64,000 nt of DNA from Antedon mediterranea. Its lineage: Eukaryota > Animalia > Echinodermata. Position numbers and translations under genes: made by a program. Below the pieces are notes generated by a model, which was not told where the DNA came from, searched no databases, and was given only the letters and a program-made list of their open reading frames with translations. The stretch spans positions 24,673,648-24,737,647 of the forward strand of contig NC_092673.1 of NCBI RefSeq assembly GCF_964355755.1. Reading direction: 5' to 3'. Shown in pieces: positions 51,401 through 64,000 of this stretch; positions within the stretch are counted from its first letter, which is position 1; each line of letters begins with the position of its first letter.

Positions 51401-54400
51401 GAAAAAAAGTCTTCCTGGTTTTTATGGAAGAATTTTTCCAAATTTTGTATTTGACCATATTAAGGGAAATTCATGTTTTTTCGTCTTGATTTCTGTTACA
51501 AATATTTGATTTATGTACAATTAACCAAATATTATATTTAAAATTCATGCCTGTACCTGAGCTTTAAGTAAAGATACTGTAGTTAAAAAGCGCTTAAAAA
51601 AAGTAAAAACCATCTTTTTTATCTTGTGGAATAAACTTCATTCAAGGAAAAAATATTTTCATAAATTTAGCTTTGAATAGATGATTTTACTTTTTGCGAA
51701 ATACGCATGTTTTATATGTCAATCAGCCGCATTAGGTTTGTGTAGTTTCATCAATGAACTGAATAGGAAAAGATATTATTGATTTCCTAGACATAATTGA
51801 TTGAAAGTTAATGATCAAACCTAATTTTTAATTCTTTTGCATATTTCACTGTGAATAAATTTAGCTTGGGGTAGTATTATTTTAGCATTATTAATTAGTA
51901 CTGATCTATAAAAGAGACTCAACATTATAGATCATGAAATAAATTCATTTTTTCACCTCCCTGTACTGTAGCTAATTTGTTCAAAATAACATTAAATAGT
52001 ATAACGTAAATGTGCAACCAAATGGGTACCCAGTGTATATAGTAATTACATTGTAAAAGGTAGGAAGTTCATATCAGCATTTCATTACACACTTTTTAAG
52101 GTAACAAAACATAAACATACTGTAATAAATATAGGCCCTACTGTAAGCACAAAGGAGTTGTTTATTGTTTTTTAAAAACTAAACTATTTTAAATACCATC
52201 CACAAATATTCAAATGGAACCAATAGTATAACAATAGCAATTCTGACTGAGTATTGGCTAAAAATAACTGTTAAGATCGTATCTGTGTATACTTTCAGGA
52301 TTTATTGGTTAATTGAATTTTACTTAGAAAATGCTTAATGCCTTTGAAACTGACGTCTATTTGTTATTATTTCAGTAACATTAACAAGTATGTGAGGATA
52401 TTAGGATGTGATTCAATTGACAAAGGAAGTGTTTGTGTGATTGTTTGCAACTAAAAAAATTGCCTTTAATTCTCCAGTTACTGTAGCACCTGTAATGTAC
52501 ACATACTGTATTGTACTGTATGGCATTTTAATACTGTATGTCCAGTTTTAAGCAACATTCTGTAATACAGTGTCACATATATATCATACGTGGCACCTTT
52601 TAAATATACAGTGATCACATACTGTATGATATATGTGACACTGTTTTACAGGACTAATAAAAATACTGAAAGACTCATTGTGAATGTGACTATATTGTTT
52701 GCCAGTCAAGCTTCAGAAAAACTAATACTTTCTTTTGACATTTTTCATTTCTCTCTATTATGATTTATGACATATAATGTTTTTGATAAGTCAATGAAGA
52801 ATTGTCAGTATTGATTAGTTTCAAGAGTGACATGATTAGTTGACTGTTATAAGTTTATTTTATATTCCATAGGCTACTGAATTCTGTACATAGTATTGTG
52901 TTTTGTATTGTACTATATTACTATTAAAAATATTAATGCATGCAATGTGAAATGTGTTTTTTTTAACATTATAATGTGAGCATTTGGAAACATAATGCTA
53001 TAAACTGTATTTATTTTCAGTTATTCAATCTTACAAGTTACAGAACCTTTGCATCAATTAGTGTACAGTACGTACTCAAATGGTTTTACAAATAACTATA
53101 TTAAACTACAGTAGAAGGGCACTCACAGAGCGCAAACCTTAGCCTTCTGTAGGCATATGAACATTTAATCATGTTCTCATACAGCTACTGTACTGTATGA
53201 AACCATGAAACCATCTTTTAAAATCTTGTGAATATCGGGCAATAACTTTTTATAAGAAACACACACAAACATGTGCGATTGACCACATAACCTATCACCT
53301 TTCTGACGGGGATAATTATGGAGGGGAAAAATAAAAGAATCTAAATTCTCTTCCCCTCAGAGAAGAAAATGCCTACCGGTATACGTTTGTTTTTCCAAGT
53401 GACACTCATAGACTACCAACCATTGTTGGTTTGTGCAGGGAAGAGTGATTCACTCTTCTCTGTTTTGACTAAATTTTAATAGTCCTACTGTCCCCTGTAT
53501 ATAGTCAAAGTCATACTGTAAAAATTCAAGCGATTATGAAGTACCTGTATAAGGTAAAAACTTACCATTTCATTCTTGGTATCTCCAATCTTTAAAAAAA
53601 ATAAATAATTATTTCATAGTATTACCAATCTTTGGGTCAAATCCTATTCCAGAAATTTGTCAAGATTTTTCTCATGACCGACAACACACTGCCATTTACC
53701 TACCTGTATTAACCTTCATTGCCTTATTTATCACATTGCTATTAATTATTCATTAAACAGTATTTTGATGATATAATTTGCAGTATGTGTTGTTTTCTTG
53801 ATTAATTAACCATGATTTTACAACCCATTTTTAGTGGCTTACAATACAAACTAATTAACCTTGTGTTGAGTGTTTTGACCTTCTGTAATTGGAAAACATT
53901 ACAAAGTAATCAAGGAAAAACAGAACAGTGTGCAATGAATTTGCAATGAATCATACTATACTGTGAACTTATATATGATATTTTAAATTGATAAAACATT
54001 TGTTATCTGAGAATAAATTTCATTCAGTCCATTTGATAATGTCTAGCATAGCATACTGTATCATGGCCATACAGTACCAACAATAGCCTCTGCTGTCTAT
54101 CTTCATTTAGGACCCTTTATTCCATTGACCACACCCTTTATCCAGGGAGTGGGAATAACAACTCCCTGATTTGATTATGAGGTAGAGAAATGTCACCTTT
54201 TATATTTCACTCATAACCCAACAAAAGCAAGATAATTTGAAAGAAAGTTGAATTTAACAATGTATGTAGTTAATTTGTATTCTTTAGAATGTCTTTAAAC
54301 CATTTCACTATGTTATTTGGAAACGAAAATAATGATTTGTGAATTCGAGAGAATATAAAGAAGAGGTTGTTGTACTTAAATGTAATGGTTATATTTAATA

Positions 54401-57400
54401 TGCCTTTATTACAGTAAAGTAAGCCATACTTTGATATTTTGATAAGTACATTTGGCTCTTTGTCAATGTAATAAATAAAAATATGAAAGATTTAGATCTA
54501 GTGCATTTTGCATTGTTTTTAAATTTTAAGGCTTATATTTTCTGTCTCAATTTTCTTGTAAACAAGCCTTTGCAGGAGAATATCGGCATGAAAAAAAGCA
54601 AACTGCTTCTTAATACTGTAACTAGAAGGTTTTAATAAATAGGCAATTTATTCCAATGACTAAAAGGTACTGTATTGCTAATCGACACATTACAACAAAG
54701 TATTTTTATAAATGTTATGTTGTGTGTACAGTGTATACATTAATCTAGTCTAACTACTGTGCACATTTCAGATTCTACAGACATTCATATTCCATAGTTA
54801 ATGAAACCTCATGCTCATTTATTAATTTATTCTTGATAAGACCGATACATTACGATTATAGGTATTCTATTCTCTAAAATAATACGGATAATGGTATGAT
54901 TAGTTTATCCAAGTAAGTATTAAAAAAACATATTCAATAATTATTGTGTTTTTCCCTAACTGTTTGTAAAAATGTTCTACCAAATATATTAATTGCTCTT
55001 ATTGTTCTTTTCAGCTCGGACAGCAGGTTGTTCTTCTTCGGGAAATAAATGATCAAATTACTTGTCGTTTATGTGATGGATATCTTATTGATGCCACCAC
55101 AATCACTGAGTGTTTACACACATGTAAGTGTTTATTCATTTATCACTGTATGTACAGTACAATAGCCCTGTACTGTACTGTACAGTAGGTGATTATGCAG
55201 TAATGAAAACTCTTTGTTGTCTTTTGGCTTTTAATTTTTAGTAAACTAGCTTTTTTTTATTGACATACTGTACTCAATAAAATGTTGTTATCCCTGTGTA
55301 CTTGAATTACACAATTTCGCAGCCTTTTGTGCTCAAAAGAAAAATCTGTTACGGTATATTATTTATACGTCCTCAGAACAAGCTCTATAAATGTACCCTT
55401 ACAAGTCAAATTCACTTAGACATAATCCCATTGTCCAAACTTGACTTTACAGTCAATATCATGTAAAATGGATGTTGGTTTAGTACTATATACATACAGT
55501 ATTGTGATATGTACTGCTGAGTAATAGTTGTATTATTCAATCCTCCATAAAAATAATGATGAATTATGTCAATATACTCCTTCATAAGACATTTATTTTC
55601 ATGTCAGAGAAAGGGATAAACTTGATTTGATCTTGCTTAGAAATCAATCTGCTCATTGAAGTTTACTTCTAGAACCACTTTATAAACTAACCCTGTATAT
55701 GTTTGTAAGTTAACCTACAATGATGATATGTCTGTAAAACCTCTCAATAATGTGCCCGTATTTATCCAGTCAGTTTTTCGCAGAAAAGAAGGGTTATGTT
55801 AATCTGTTGACTACCAGTAAAATATTTAAAATAAGAAAAGAGAATTTATGGCCTGATAGTACTGTAGGATAGTTAAAAATAAAGAAAGACACTTTAAGCA
55901 TAAATGTAATGCATACATGAAACTGGAGATATTTTAATTTTATTATAATGCCCATTGATAATTCAAAAATATTTATTTATACAGTGCTATTAATAAAGTT
56001 AAAATTAAAAATAGATTTTTTTTTATTGTTAAAAGTGTGATTAAAATAATTCCGTTATTGTCCAGATATGTCCCATCATATAATTGACTGTAATTCCATT
56101 CAAACACGTATCTGGTTTCAATTTAGGAGTACATGTCTGATTGCAACTAATTTGAATAATATTAATAGCAGCTTAAGAAATAGCTTACATGATATCACAA
56201 TATTTAAATAAACCTAGCATGTCTAGATAGATGATTGGAGTTACATAAATTAAACAAATGGATATCATAGGTTTTATTACTGATTTAAGATGTATTTGTG
56301 TTCTCTTCCCATTATGTTATCGCAAATTGATGATTGCTCCGGGAAATGATAATCGTTTGTTATTATCCTATGCACCTGTCAAAGAGACGCAACCCATGAA
56401 CTAAAACTGGAAGGCAATAATGTTTATATTTTGGGCTTTACAAAAAATGAATAGAAAATAAGAATTAAACCTCCTCAGACCCTCATCTAGCGAAAAATTA
56501 CTACCCCACCCCTGGATCCACCACTTTTACATACCAGTTGTCGGTTGTTAGTAAATTATCTTTTAGTTTTTACTAAATTAAGAATACTGGAAATTAATTT
56601 TACCCCCTTATCAGCCACTCCCAATGCCAATGTTCCAAATTCAAACCTTTTTATCAATGCATGACTTCTGATGTCACTACAGTATGTTTAACGGCCTTTC
56701 GTGAAAATAAAATATTTGCCATAATTAATTAATAATAATTGTTGTTCTCTTTTGTTTTACTTTCAGTTTGCAAGAGCTGTCTTGTCAAGTACCTAGAAGA
56801 AAATGTAAAATGTCCAATATGTGATATAGTTATACATCAAAGTCATCCATTGAATTACATTGGGTAAATTCTTTTTCTATATATTAATATTTATCTTAAT
56901 AAATTGTAGCAGTGTCATAACGACTATATGAGCGCTCACTTGCTAAACCCAGGGGCTCAGGAGGCGTTTGAATTTACCGCCAGTGCCCACTGCATTTTGG
57001 GTACTGCTAACAATTTCCGTTGACAACCACCCACTGATTTAAACGGTTATTTAAAAGCTAAAATCGAGCAGAACTGCAGTCAATATATAATTATATTTTA
57101 AATCTATTTTGAAATTAATGGTTTATTTGGCGCTATGCTGTAAGAAACAGACCCTATGAAATAAAAAAATAAACATCAATGAGTTTGTATGTATGCAAAA
57201 TATTATAAATGCTGTACTGTATCCAATTGTTCTGGACTCCTGTACAGTATAGGATTTGTAATAAAACATCTCAACATTGCTTCTGGCATTCTTGTTCTTT
57301 TCATTGTTTGAAATCTCTGTATAAATGTCTGTCTGTTTTTGAATATTCACTCTGTATGAGAAAATGTGCCTTGCTAACTTGTAATGTGATCACATAGATT

Positions 57401-59138
57401 ATTGATTCCAGTGAAATGTGTATTTATCATAACAAAATAGCATTACTACAAAACCTATAGTACAGTAGCAGACTTATACACGGAGGTATTTTCTCCCAGC
57501 ATCATATTCTTGTTGAACTTCTGAGCACCACTTAAGTCCTTTTTACCCCTAGGCTAAGGATTTTGAATGTACTGTGTACACTTCTTTTCCTCTAGTTTCA
57601 GCAATAATATTTATGCAAGCAAACTTTATTCTAGCCTAAAGGACAATGAGCATTTCTGCATGTGCTCATATTACCAAATGAGCAAAAGGTGTTACCATTT
57701 TCGATGGCAATTAAATTCCATATTTTATTTATTGTCAAAATTGTTAGCTTTTGGTTACTTTATAGTACAGCAGTACAAAAAATAAATAAAAGAAATTATT
57801 TCTCCATGGTACACTCTCTCATGATTACCTTCTGATATTTATGGTTGTTATTCTGGCTTTTAATTTTATAAACATATAAAACTATTTGAATGCTGAATAT
57901 GAAAGTAATAACTGTACAGTATAACTTGAAGATTAGCAATATTTATCTAAATTGAAAAGCACAAACATCATTTCAATACTTGGAAAGCGAAACTGAAGCT
58001 CGTTCATGCGTACCTTTGAACTGTCTGTTAAATCGGGGAATTTTGCTTTTCAAATAGGATTTCTGTATTTAAAAATTACAACAAATAAATTAAAGACACT
58101 AATGCTGTATCATTACACATTTTAGTGTTGATAAATTGATGTTACTTTTGTTTTTTTGTACGCCAACTCTGTAAATATGTGGTTAATTTGTATTCAAGCT
58201 ATAATTCCCTATGGAGAAGCTACTGTAACAGATTTTAACATTTCATTTTTCATTCGAGATTTCAAAATACTATTAAACTATTGTAGTTTAAAGTTTTTTT
58301 TTATTACAACCCTATTGTTTTATACTTTGCATTTTGATAATATAGTTTTATGAGCGCTTGTGCCTATTTCTACAAGAAGCATAATCTTATAAAAGCAGAT
58401 TTTCTGAAATATGTATTCTTAATTTAATTGTTTCTCAAAACCTTTTCAAAATTTTAGATGATATTATCATTAATTTATAATTATTGTGTCCCGTGATTTT
58501 TTTTTTGTACTGTGCATAAGTTAGAGACTCCTTATATGACAGATAGCCAAACTAACTTCCTAAATCTTAACCTAACCATGTAAATAATCTCTCTCTCACT
58601 CTAAAGTAAAATGAAGTTGCTCATGGGATTTGAACCCCGTGCATCGACATGCAAAGTCCATAATCTAAACCATTTGACTACACAGACAGCTTGATGGAAA
58701 GCATTGGCATTAGTGAATGTAAATGCAATCCATGAGTTCAACTGTAGATTTTTAAGATAATGTTTCAGTTTAGTATGTAGTGTGGTGAGTTCTTGCAGCA
58801 AGCAAGAAGAATTTCAACTGTCACATGTTTGGCCTTTGACAATAAAGTTTTCTTGTATCTTGTAGTTTAGTTCAATTCTTTAGTCACCTTATAGATTTGA
58901 CTAATGAATATTCATGTTTATTTTGTGACGTTTCATGAGAGGTCCCCAACTATGTACGAAAAGAAATGTCGCGTCCAGCTCCTCCCAATAATTGACAGGG
59001 TATTGTCATTATCAATTGTACACTCATATAGTATTAATTACCATAATTTTTTAAAAATTATTTTTAAAACATTTTTTCTTAGATTTGATCGAACAATGCA
59101 AGATATAGTTTATAAATTAGTACCAGGTCTTCAAAAAA
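45405..59138 (+). CDS. PCGF3: Polycomb group RING finger protein 3/5, first four coding exons (3' part outside window)
   Basis: Exons 45405-45455 (MNLYRHLPQNLHDDQMK), 55015-55123 (LGQQVVLLREINDQITCRLCDGYLIDATTITECLHT), 56767-56863 (FCKSCLVKYLEENVKCPICDIVIHQSHPLNYIG) and 59083-59138 (FDRTMQDIVYKLVPGLQK). GT-AG, phase-consistent C3HC4 RING, with IVIHQSHPL and DRTMQDIVYKLVPGLQ typical of PCGF3. Exon 1 is assigned from a good ATG context, a phase-0 donor and its CpG-rich location, and is less certain. Confidence 0.9.
48308..48652. repeat. Tandem triplication of about 125 bp
   Basis: AATATTGATATTTGATAAAGATT..TACAGTTA..TTTAAAGCATATTT occurs three times. Confidence 0.85.
49023..49470 (-). mobile_element. 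5'-truncated LINE 3' end (CR1/L2/Rex-group), antisense in PCGF3 intron 1
   Basis: Minus strand encodes LLPPRCKTERYQRSAIPTIVKFINAN*, resembling the terminal RTxRYxxSxIP..LN motif of RT ORFs. It is followed by a 3' UTR ending in (TAAA)n. Confidence 0.65.
50965..51563. mobile_element. Non-autonomous Kolobok-like DNA transposon with TTAA target duplication
   Basis: TTAA-AGGCCAGGTGCGGGCA ... TGCCTGTACCTGAGCT-TTAA, imperfect TIRs starting AG. The right end is also present, internally deleted, near 31153-31300. Confidence 0.7.
52561..52650. repeat. Short inverted repeat / hairpin (MITE remnant)
   Basis: TGTAATACAGTGTCACATATAT..ATCATAC versus GTATGATATATGTGACACTGTTTTACA. Confidence 0.7.
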
Positions 59139-62100
59139 GTAAGTTTTTATTATTAATTGTTTATTTATATACATTTAGAATTAGAATATAACTATCCTTT
59201 AAATAATATATTTAGATATGGTTATCCATTGGTTTAGTACCAACCAATATGATATATAAAATGATTTCATAATGGAAAAAATTAGTTTTATAAAAACAAA
59301 GGGTAAACTAATTACTTTTTCTGGCACACAAAAGTATAAAATATATAATTCCATGCCATCATGTTAGGATTCAATTTTTCAATATAATGTCTGACTTTAC
59401 AGTAGATGTGTTTATATAATGATCATACTGTACAATACAACTCCAACCAACGATCTCCCTCCCCACCCACAGTACAGTGCAGGTAGGTCATAAAAGTACA
59501 TGCCGTTGTATGGCTCAATAATATAATATTAAGGGTGTGGATGTGAAGTTATTATCAGTAATATCCCTTTTCATTCACATACTACTGTGTCAATGTAACT
59601 ACATTTTACTATGCTATGAATAGAAGAGGAAAACAGACGGTATCCAATCTTACTTTGTGATTACCATCATATTATTTAAATAATTTTCTACTTAGGTATA
59701 TACCACTTAATAAATAATATATTCAGAGTGTCTCTCTTCTCCACGCTTTTCATCCTTAAATACATTAAAACTATATTTATCATATTTGATAGAAACTTAA
59801 TATTATTTATAAATGGAATAATAATTAATATATTTTTTTTACATTTTGATTTTTCAAAATTTAAAAATTTCATTTATCTTGATATCATTTTTGAATTATG
59901 AATTTACTGTAAATGTAAAGCACAATGTTTATTTTAATCGTTAAATAATTTCTGTGAAAAATTGAGGTGTCTAAAAATGAGCACAGTACAGGCTGACAGT
60001 ACTGTGTCTGTAGATAGCATACACCATCATAAATTTGATCGAATGTCAGCCTAAATATCTTTATATAAAGAGATTTCTGTGCATCTTTGAGGTTAATTGT
60101 TTGCCTAAAGACCAGTAACGATAAGGCGAAAAACCATGTAGCTTGTCTTACGTAGAATCTGTATCTATCCTGAGTGAAAATAGCCTGCTCTGCTTTGTGT
60201 GTATAAATGGTCATAAGAAATAACATAGATTTTTATTACCATTACCGCTCCTCTCTGTAAATTGGCTACAGTACTGTATATATTACCTAAAATAATAATT
60301 GTTTAACAAAAAATGTTTTGTTTGGAAAAACTACAAATTTTAATTCTATTTTAAAATAAACTCTTATTAAATTAAGTTTTATGCAGCAGAAACAGGCGCA
60401 AACACAACAACCATGGATTAAGAATGAGAGACATTAGTGTAATGTCATTTTGAAGTCCATTTACCATACTGTATGTACACGCAAGTCAAATTTTTGTGAG
60501 CACAAATTTAGCAGAAATGCAGTCAACCAAAATAAACGGTACATTCAGTGCTATGCATCAGAAACAGGCCCTTAGTTAGAATGCTGGTTATAATTATCGC
60601 TGTCCACTTTTTTATCTAGTTTACAATGCAAAATAGCTGAGAGCCAAACCAACATTGGATAATAACACTATATAATGCCATTTTGAAGTCCATTTACCAT
60701 GATCCATAAGTCAAGTTTAATTTGTCATGTTGAAAGCAGTCATAACTTATACCAGATGGTAGTAGAGAAATCAATCAAGCATTACTCATTAATCAAAGTA
60801 GCTTGTATTGTATAGCTACAGTAACACATTAACTTTATTTCTACTTTAGGCTAATCTTCTTTGTTTGCTTCTAGCCAGACATGCAACGGATTTCTTTCAT
60901 TTCCTTTCTGTTGCTACACTGCCAGCCGAGTTGTGCCAGCTATGATAACCATGAAATGAAAGTTGTAATGGGATTATAAATAAAAAGGTTCTAGGATAAT
61001 CCCAGTTTACCGTAGTATGGCCATGTCCAAGTCGGTACGTCCAAAACCCATATTGCCGACTGTATTTAAACTTAGAAAATTTGTTTTATGATTTATAAAG
61101 TCTATTTCCTAAAAGATATCTTGGTGTTTTGTAATGCCTTTTTCATTCGAAGCCTACACCAAACTCATGTTATTGAAGGAAACATTTCATTGATGGGTCG
61201 TATATTAATTATTAATGGTGTAAACAAAAGCTCTTGTGGCTAGGGTGGTTAATAGTAGCAACAAAAATAAAAAATAAATAAACAATACAAATTTACAACT
61301 GTTTTTACTGTCAAACAATCCAAAGTTCTCCTACTGTACTGCAGTGTAAATCTTCAAAATCCACTTTAAATCTATTGTAATCCTATACTATGAATAAAGG
61401 AGGAGTGTAGGACAAAGGTGTAGCATTTTACTGCTATTGTTCATTGTCAAAGTACAGGGCTGGCATTAACCATTAACCTGTTTTGCTTAAGCCGACCTCT
61501 ACTGTTACAGAACTTGTAGTAGTCTCCTCTTTCTTAGTAGCCAGATGCAGTGCTACTGAAAGATAGTGCTAGCTCGAACCAAATTAAGTCTACTGTATGA
61601 AAGCATACACCGCCAACAAAATGACGGATCTTATACCACTTTCACATACCACTTAGCAAATCGCAAGAGTTTACGCACACCAGGGTGTATCATCATCAAA
61701 AACAAACCTGTATTGACGCCCCTGTACTGTATGTAAACCTCAGAGTGAAAAAAAAATTCACTGTTTTTCAGGTTAGCAGCAGCGACTGTTAAAAAGTCAT
61801 TTTGATTTAATAGTGAATACTGATAAGTTATACTGTAGCTCCCCATACATGTGTAACAATTAACAATATTGAATACTGTACATAACAAGCTTTTCACACA
61901 TGATCGTACATTGTGAATTGATGCGTTTAATTGCCATTAACCAATCGCAATACTGAATAAAGGCTACGAAATAATCATACAATAATATTCACTTTGACCA
62001 ATTACAATAGTTAATTTTATTTTATTTCAGTCCTTCATTAATAAACGACATTCGCCACTCAAAGAATTAGAAACATGTTTTCTTACTCTAAATGATCAAG

Positions 62101-62944
62101 TCATTAATTTAGCGCTTCAGTTAAATTTACAAACTAAACTATATATTTTAAATGCGTATATGGATATATAATAATATGGCGGATATAAAATTATTTAAGC
62201 ATTGCGGTACTCTAATCTTAGTATTCCTCGTTTGGAGAGACTAATTGTTGGTTTATCTGGTATCTTGGGCATAAAGTTTGGCAAAAAATATAACATACTA
62301 CTATTTTAATAATTTAAATATGCGTAAAGCAAAGAGAACATTAAAGAAAATATGAAGAGCTGTTATTAACTTTGTCCCAGTAACATAGGTCAACTGGTCC
62401 CCAAGCAATTAGCCTGTTTTGTTGATTGCTGTTTAATGTTTTCAACATTCATCAACAGGAGAATTAGGAAGGCTCAATTGTTGCTATTATTACTAAGCAG
62501 GTGGTAGATTGTAAACATTGTTGTTTAATACGTGCACTAGGCACATGGTATAATATTTATTTGTTATCAATGCACTGTACTTTTGATCCATTTTCTGTGC
62601 TTTCTTTACTACAGCACAAACCTGTTTCTTGTTCACAATTTTTTGGAGACACTTTATAGTAAGCCTACAGTACTTCTGTTTTTGAAATACAAAAACAGAA
62701 AGTAGAGGGTTCCTGTAACTTAACTAAAACACTACTACTACATTACTTCAGAAAGGTTTATTTCATGTTAATTTTTTTTAAACATTTTTTTAAAAACCAT
62801 ATTTAATGAGGATGATCCATCCAGCTATTGCTGATCGTTAGGGACCCTCAGAGGTTCACAAGACAAACATAAGATGCTCTACATAAACAAAGTCTTTTTA
62901 CAAGTCTTTGGGAGTGGATAATTTGGTCCTTAGAAAAAATCCTG

Positions 62945-63013
62945 ACATGTGACAGGACTTGAACCCAGGACCCTTGGAGTGGTAGCCAATAAGCATCATA
63001 ACCACCAAGCCAC
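62945..63013 (-). mobile_element. Degenerate tRNA-derived SINE head (representative copy)
   Basis: Minus strand GTGGCTTGGTGGTTA..GGGTTCAAGTCC contains A and B boxes. Similar decayed heads occur near 38845-38900, 40170-40230 and 58618-58685. Confidence 0.55.
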
Positions 63014-64000
63014 AACTCCACTCCAAATTAGAATTTAGAATTCACATGCATAGATAAATAACATAAACTATGTGTAAACAAACAAAATAAATAAAATGTT
63101 ACTACTGTATATTCAGTGAATACAAAACAACCAACAGTTGTTCATTTGTTTCAAATGTAAATTTAAACTATTTTGATGAATGGTCAGCATAATCTCTCTC
63201 TCTCTCAAAAAGTTTCCGTTTTTATGTATTGTTATGCATTCCACGTTCTATATTCAGTAAGTGGCAAAAAATATTTACAAAAATCTATTTAAAAATATTA
63301 TTACAAAACAAACAAATTGTATAATTTTTCTGATGAGGGATGACTGGAAGTTGATAACACTCTGTACAAGGTTAAACTGTAAAAGTCAAGGCAAATTATG
63401 ATAATTATGGAACAAAATGTCAACTCCTACATTTATTTTAAAAAGACAATTTTTTCTGTTTGAACTGTTTATTCAAATGAAAATAAAATACCATAGCAAG
63501 ATTTAAAAAGTGAAATTGTCCTTTTCATGAGATGTTTTATTTTTGTCTTGTGTGTGTTCGTCCCACTTTTATTATGATACTCTGTAAATACATATATTTT
63601 TTCAAACATATTTTGTTTTTTTTCATGAGATGTTATTGTTAATAAGAAGAGATAAATAAAATATTGAGTTTAGATACAGTATGGATTTAATTACATGAGA
63701 TGAGCTATCTATACACAATTTCTACGAGAGAGTTCAAATAAAAGAGTGCATAGTGAGCAGCTGTAGGTTTTGACATTAACCATACACAGGAAATAAAGTA
63801 CATTATGGTACAATAGGAAGAGAAAAAAAAATATGTGAAAAGAACAAAATATTATTTTTACACGATTTTGTCTTAGTCTTTGCAGTTTAAATTTTAGTTT
63901 GTTCTGCGTACGCAAGGTAAACATTGCACTCGATATATTACCCTCATTTTAATTGGTTGGGTGGGTATCTAGTAATGTAGTATGGGTGAATTCTGAAACC

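Noticed and set aside
59624-59639. Possible PCGF3 micro-exon (AAGAGGAAAACAGACG, KEENRR-like)
   Set aside because: The phase fits, but the acceptor lacks a polypyrimidine tract, the donor GTATCC is weak, and the expected REFY-type continuation is absent.

Overview
AT-rich, intron-rich animal genomic DNA, most likely a marine invertebrate (inferred from gene content and repeat types). It is not prokaryotic, so most ORFs in the supplied track are spurious and the genes had to be rebuilt from spliced exons. Four protein-coding genes are supported by phase-consistent GT-AG exon chains. (1) The last four coding exons of an NPDC1/CAB-1 homolog (+, 17200-22020). (2) An intronless aminergic GPCR with 5-HT4-like ligand-pocket residues (+, 27878-28876). 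(3) A complete 16-exon AtuA/DUF1446-family gene with a mitochondrial-presequence-like N-terminus (-, 30883-43535). (4) The first four coding exons of PCGF3/5 (+, 45405-59138), continuing beyond the window. An intact tRNA-His(GTG) lies between the divergent AtuA-like and PCGF3 promoters, flanked by CTCF-like motifs. The rest is intron or intergenic DNA containing MITE families, LINE 3' ends, tRNA-derived SINE heads, local duplications and a 1.75-kb 26-bp minisatellite whose single-copy progenitor appears preserved beside it. The best candidate for uncharacterised biology is the spliced, apparently mitochondrial AtuA-family enzyme.
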